Below, in pieces: positions 30,926 to 32,000 of a stretch of DNA of 32,000 bases. The notes under the pieces were generated by a model. The model did not search any database and had not been told where the DNA came from. It saw only the letters and a program-made list of their open reading frames with translations. Origin of the DNA: Candidatus Omnitrophota bacterium (GTDB lineage: Bacteria; Omnitrophota; Gorgyraeia; Zapsychrales; JANLHA01); contig OY759724.1 in NCBI GenBank assembly GCA_963662715.1, positions 1,440,001 to 1,472,000 of the forward strand, given 5' to 3'. Within the stretch, counting starts at the first letter, position 1; every line of letters starts with the position of its first letter. A program made the position numbers and the translations under genes.

Positions 30926-31772
30926 AAACTACAGGATATCTGCTCTTAGAAAATGGAAATTTTCCCGTCACCTGTGTCTTTATCTCATTGTTCTCCTCTG
31001 TTGCCCGGCGCCGGTTTTAGCAAAGAAGAAAAAGGGGGCGTACAGCGTAAGCGCGGAGGCGGCGATTTTTTCCAACAGCACGGAAGTTGTCCGTTATTAC
31101 GGGAAGAATGTCCATACACGCGTGCTTCCGGCCAGCACTGTGAAAGTTATGACAGCTTTGCTGGTGTTGGAACGATTGCCTTTAAATAAAGTTGTCAAGG
31201 TCAGTCCGCGGGCAACCTATCCGCAGCCGTCTAAAATTTATGTAAAACCCGGGGAGACCTTCAGGGTCAAAGACCTGCTTTATGCTATCATGCTGAAATC
31301 AGCCAACGATGCGAGCGTTGTTTTAGCCGAAGCCGTGGCTGGAAGCGAAGAGAAATTTGTGCGGCTGATGAACAAAAGGGCCAGGCAGCTGGGGGCCAAA
31401 CATACCCGTTTTGCCAATGCGCATGGTCTGCCCTCCAAGAAAAAACAATATACGACTCCTTATGATATGTATTTGATTTTCCGGGCTGCGCTGAAACATG
31501 ATTTTTTCCGGGAGCTCGTGGCGACCAAATACCGGACAATTTATTCACAGCAGGGCCGAAAAATTTCTCTGAAGACCCATAATAAAATTTTGTTTATGGA
31601 CTGGAAGAGAAAACTGTATGGTAAAACAGGTTATACAAAGGCGGCAAAAGCCTGTTTTGTGGGGTATCTTAAGAAAGGGGAGAGTATCTGTATTATCGCC
31701 ATTTTCGGCTGTTCCCGGAGGTGGACAGACATTAAGCATATTGTGGAGCGTTACGGGCACATTGATCTTTAA
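30918..31772 (+). CDS. D-alanyl-D-alanine carboxypeptidase (peptidase S11, low-MW PBP)
   Basis: The product is 284 aa from the ATG at 30918, with GGAG 7 nt upstream and an 8-nt overlap with the trmB stop. It has a signal peptide and all three PBP motifs: SxxK (ASTVK), SxN (SANDA) and KTG (KTGYT). Confidence 0.88.
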   Translation: MLKNYRISALRKWKFSRHLCLYLIVLLCCPAPVLAKKKKGAYSVSAEAAIFSNSTEVVRYYGKNVHTRVLPASTVKVMTALLVLERLPLNKVVKVSPRATYPQPSKIYVKPGETFRVKDLLYAIMLKSANDASVVLAEAVAGSEEKFVRLMNKRARQLGAKHTRFANAHGLPSKKKQYTTPYDMYLIFRAALKHDFFRELVATKYRTIYSQQGRKISLKTHNKILFMDWKRKLYGKTGYTKAAKACFVGYLKKGESICIIAIFGCSRRWTDIKHIVERYGHIDL

Positions 31773-31904
31773 GGTTTGTCCCGGAAGACAGCGGCCTCTT
31801 TGATTTAAATGTATTGCAAAATACAATTTTATAGAATAAAATTAAACAATTGTAAAGTTAAAGGACGAGAGAAAATCATTAAATTAAGAAAGGAAAGGAT
31901 GGAT

Positions 31905-32000
31905 ATGAATAACCGCACTTTTACCTTGCCGATTATTATTATAGCCGCTATCGCCGTTGGAGTGTTCCTTACTGTGCAGAGAGTTAACAGCCCGGTTATG
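31905..32000 (+). CDS. 5' end of a membrane-anchored protein (truncated by the window edge)
   Basis: An ATG at 31905 lies 6 nt after AGGAAAGG. The 32 open codons encode MNNRTFTLPIIIIAAIAVGVFLTVQRVNSPVM, which includes a TM helix. The ORF runs off the window. Confidence 0.35.
   Translation, partial: MNNRTFTLPIIIIAAIAVGVFLTVQRVNSPVM

Noticed and set aside
1-32000. A search for defence or mobile systems: CRISPR-Cas, restriction-modification, toxin-antitoxin pairs, retrons/DGR reverse transcriptases, CBASS, transposons and prophage.
   Set aside because: I recognised no nuclease, ATPase, reverse transcriptase, methylase, recombinase or small adjacent TA-like gene pair in any frame.

Overview
This is a 32-kb bacterial chromosomal window with moderate GC (judged by eye, not computed). 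I call 33 CDS, 29 on the + strand, and most have Shine-Dalgarno leaders. I found no rRNA, tRNA, CRISPR array, transposase, integrase or phage gene. About two thirds of the predicted products carry a signal peptide, a lipobox or TM helices. Diderm hallmarks are present: a predicted beta-barrel OMP, a BamE/SmpA-like lipoprotein and a periplasmic YceI protein. Confidently recognised genes are YceI, a GNAT acetyltransferase, LemA, an M48/HtpX-like peptidase, an AlkD-like DNA alkylation repair protein, an SMI1/KNR4 lipoprotein, a CPBP (CAAX) intramembrane protease, a GT-C/TPR (TMTC/PMT-like) glycosyltransferase, a GuaD-type deaminase, TrmB, an S11 D-Ala-D-Ala carboxypeptidase, two SGNH hydrolases and two double zf-TFIIB-type zinc-ribbon proteins. 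The outstanding feature is a 6.9-kb gene (19535..26455) for an exported, Cys-free 2306-aa protein. It is built almost entirely from a strict 29-residue proline-punctuated helical repeat. The repeat has a second-order 145-residue (5 x 29) super-repeat and a very recent 5-copy 87-bp tandem expansion. A predicted outer-membrane beta-barrel gene lies 33 nt downstream, and a zinc-ribbon + MORN operon is divergently oriented upstream. I propose this as a candidate uncharacterised envelope/fibre system. All family calls rest on motifs read by eye, and no database search was run.
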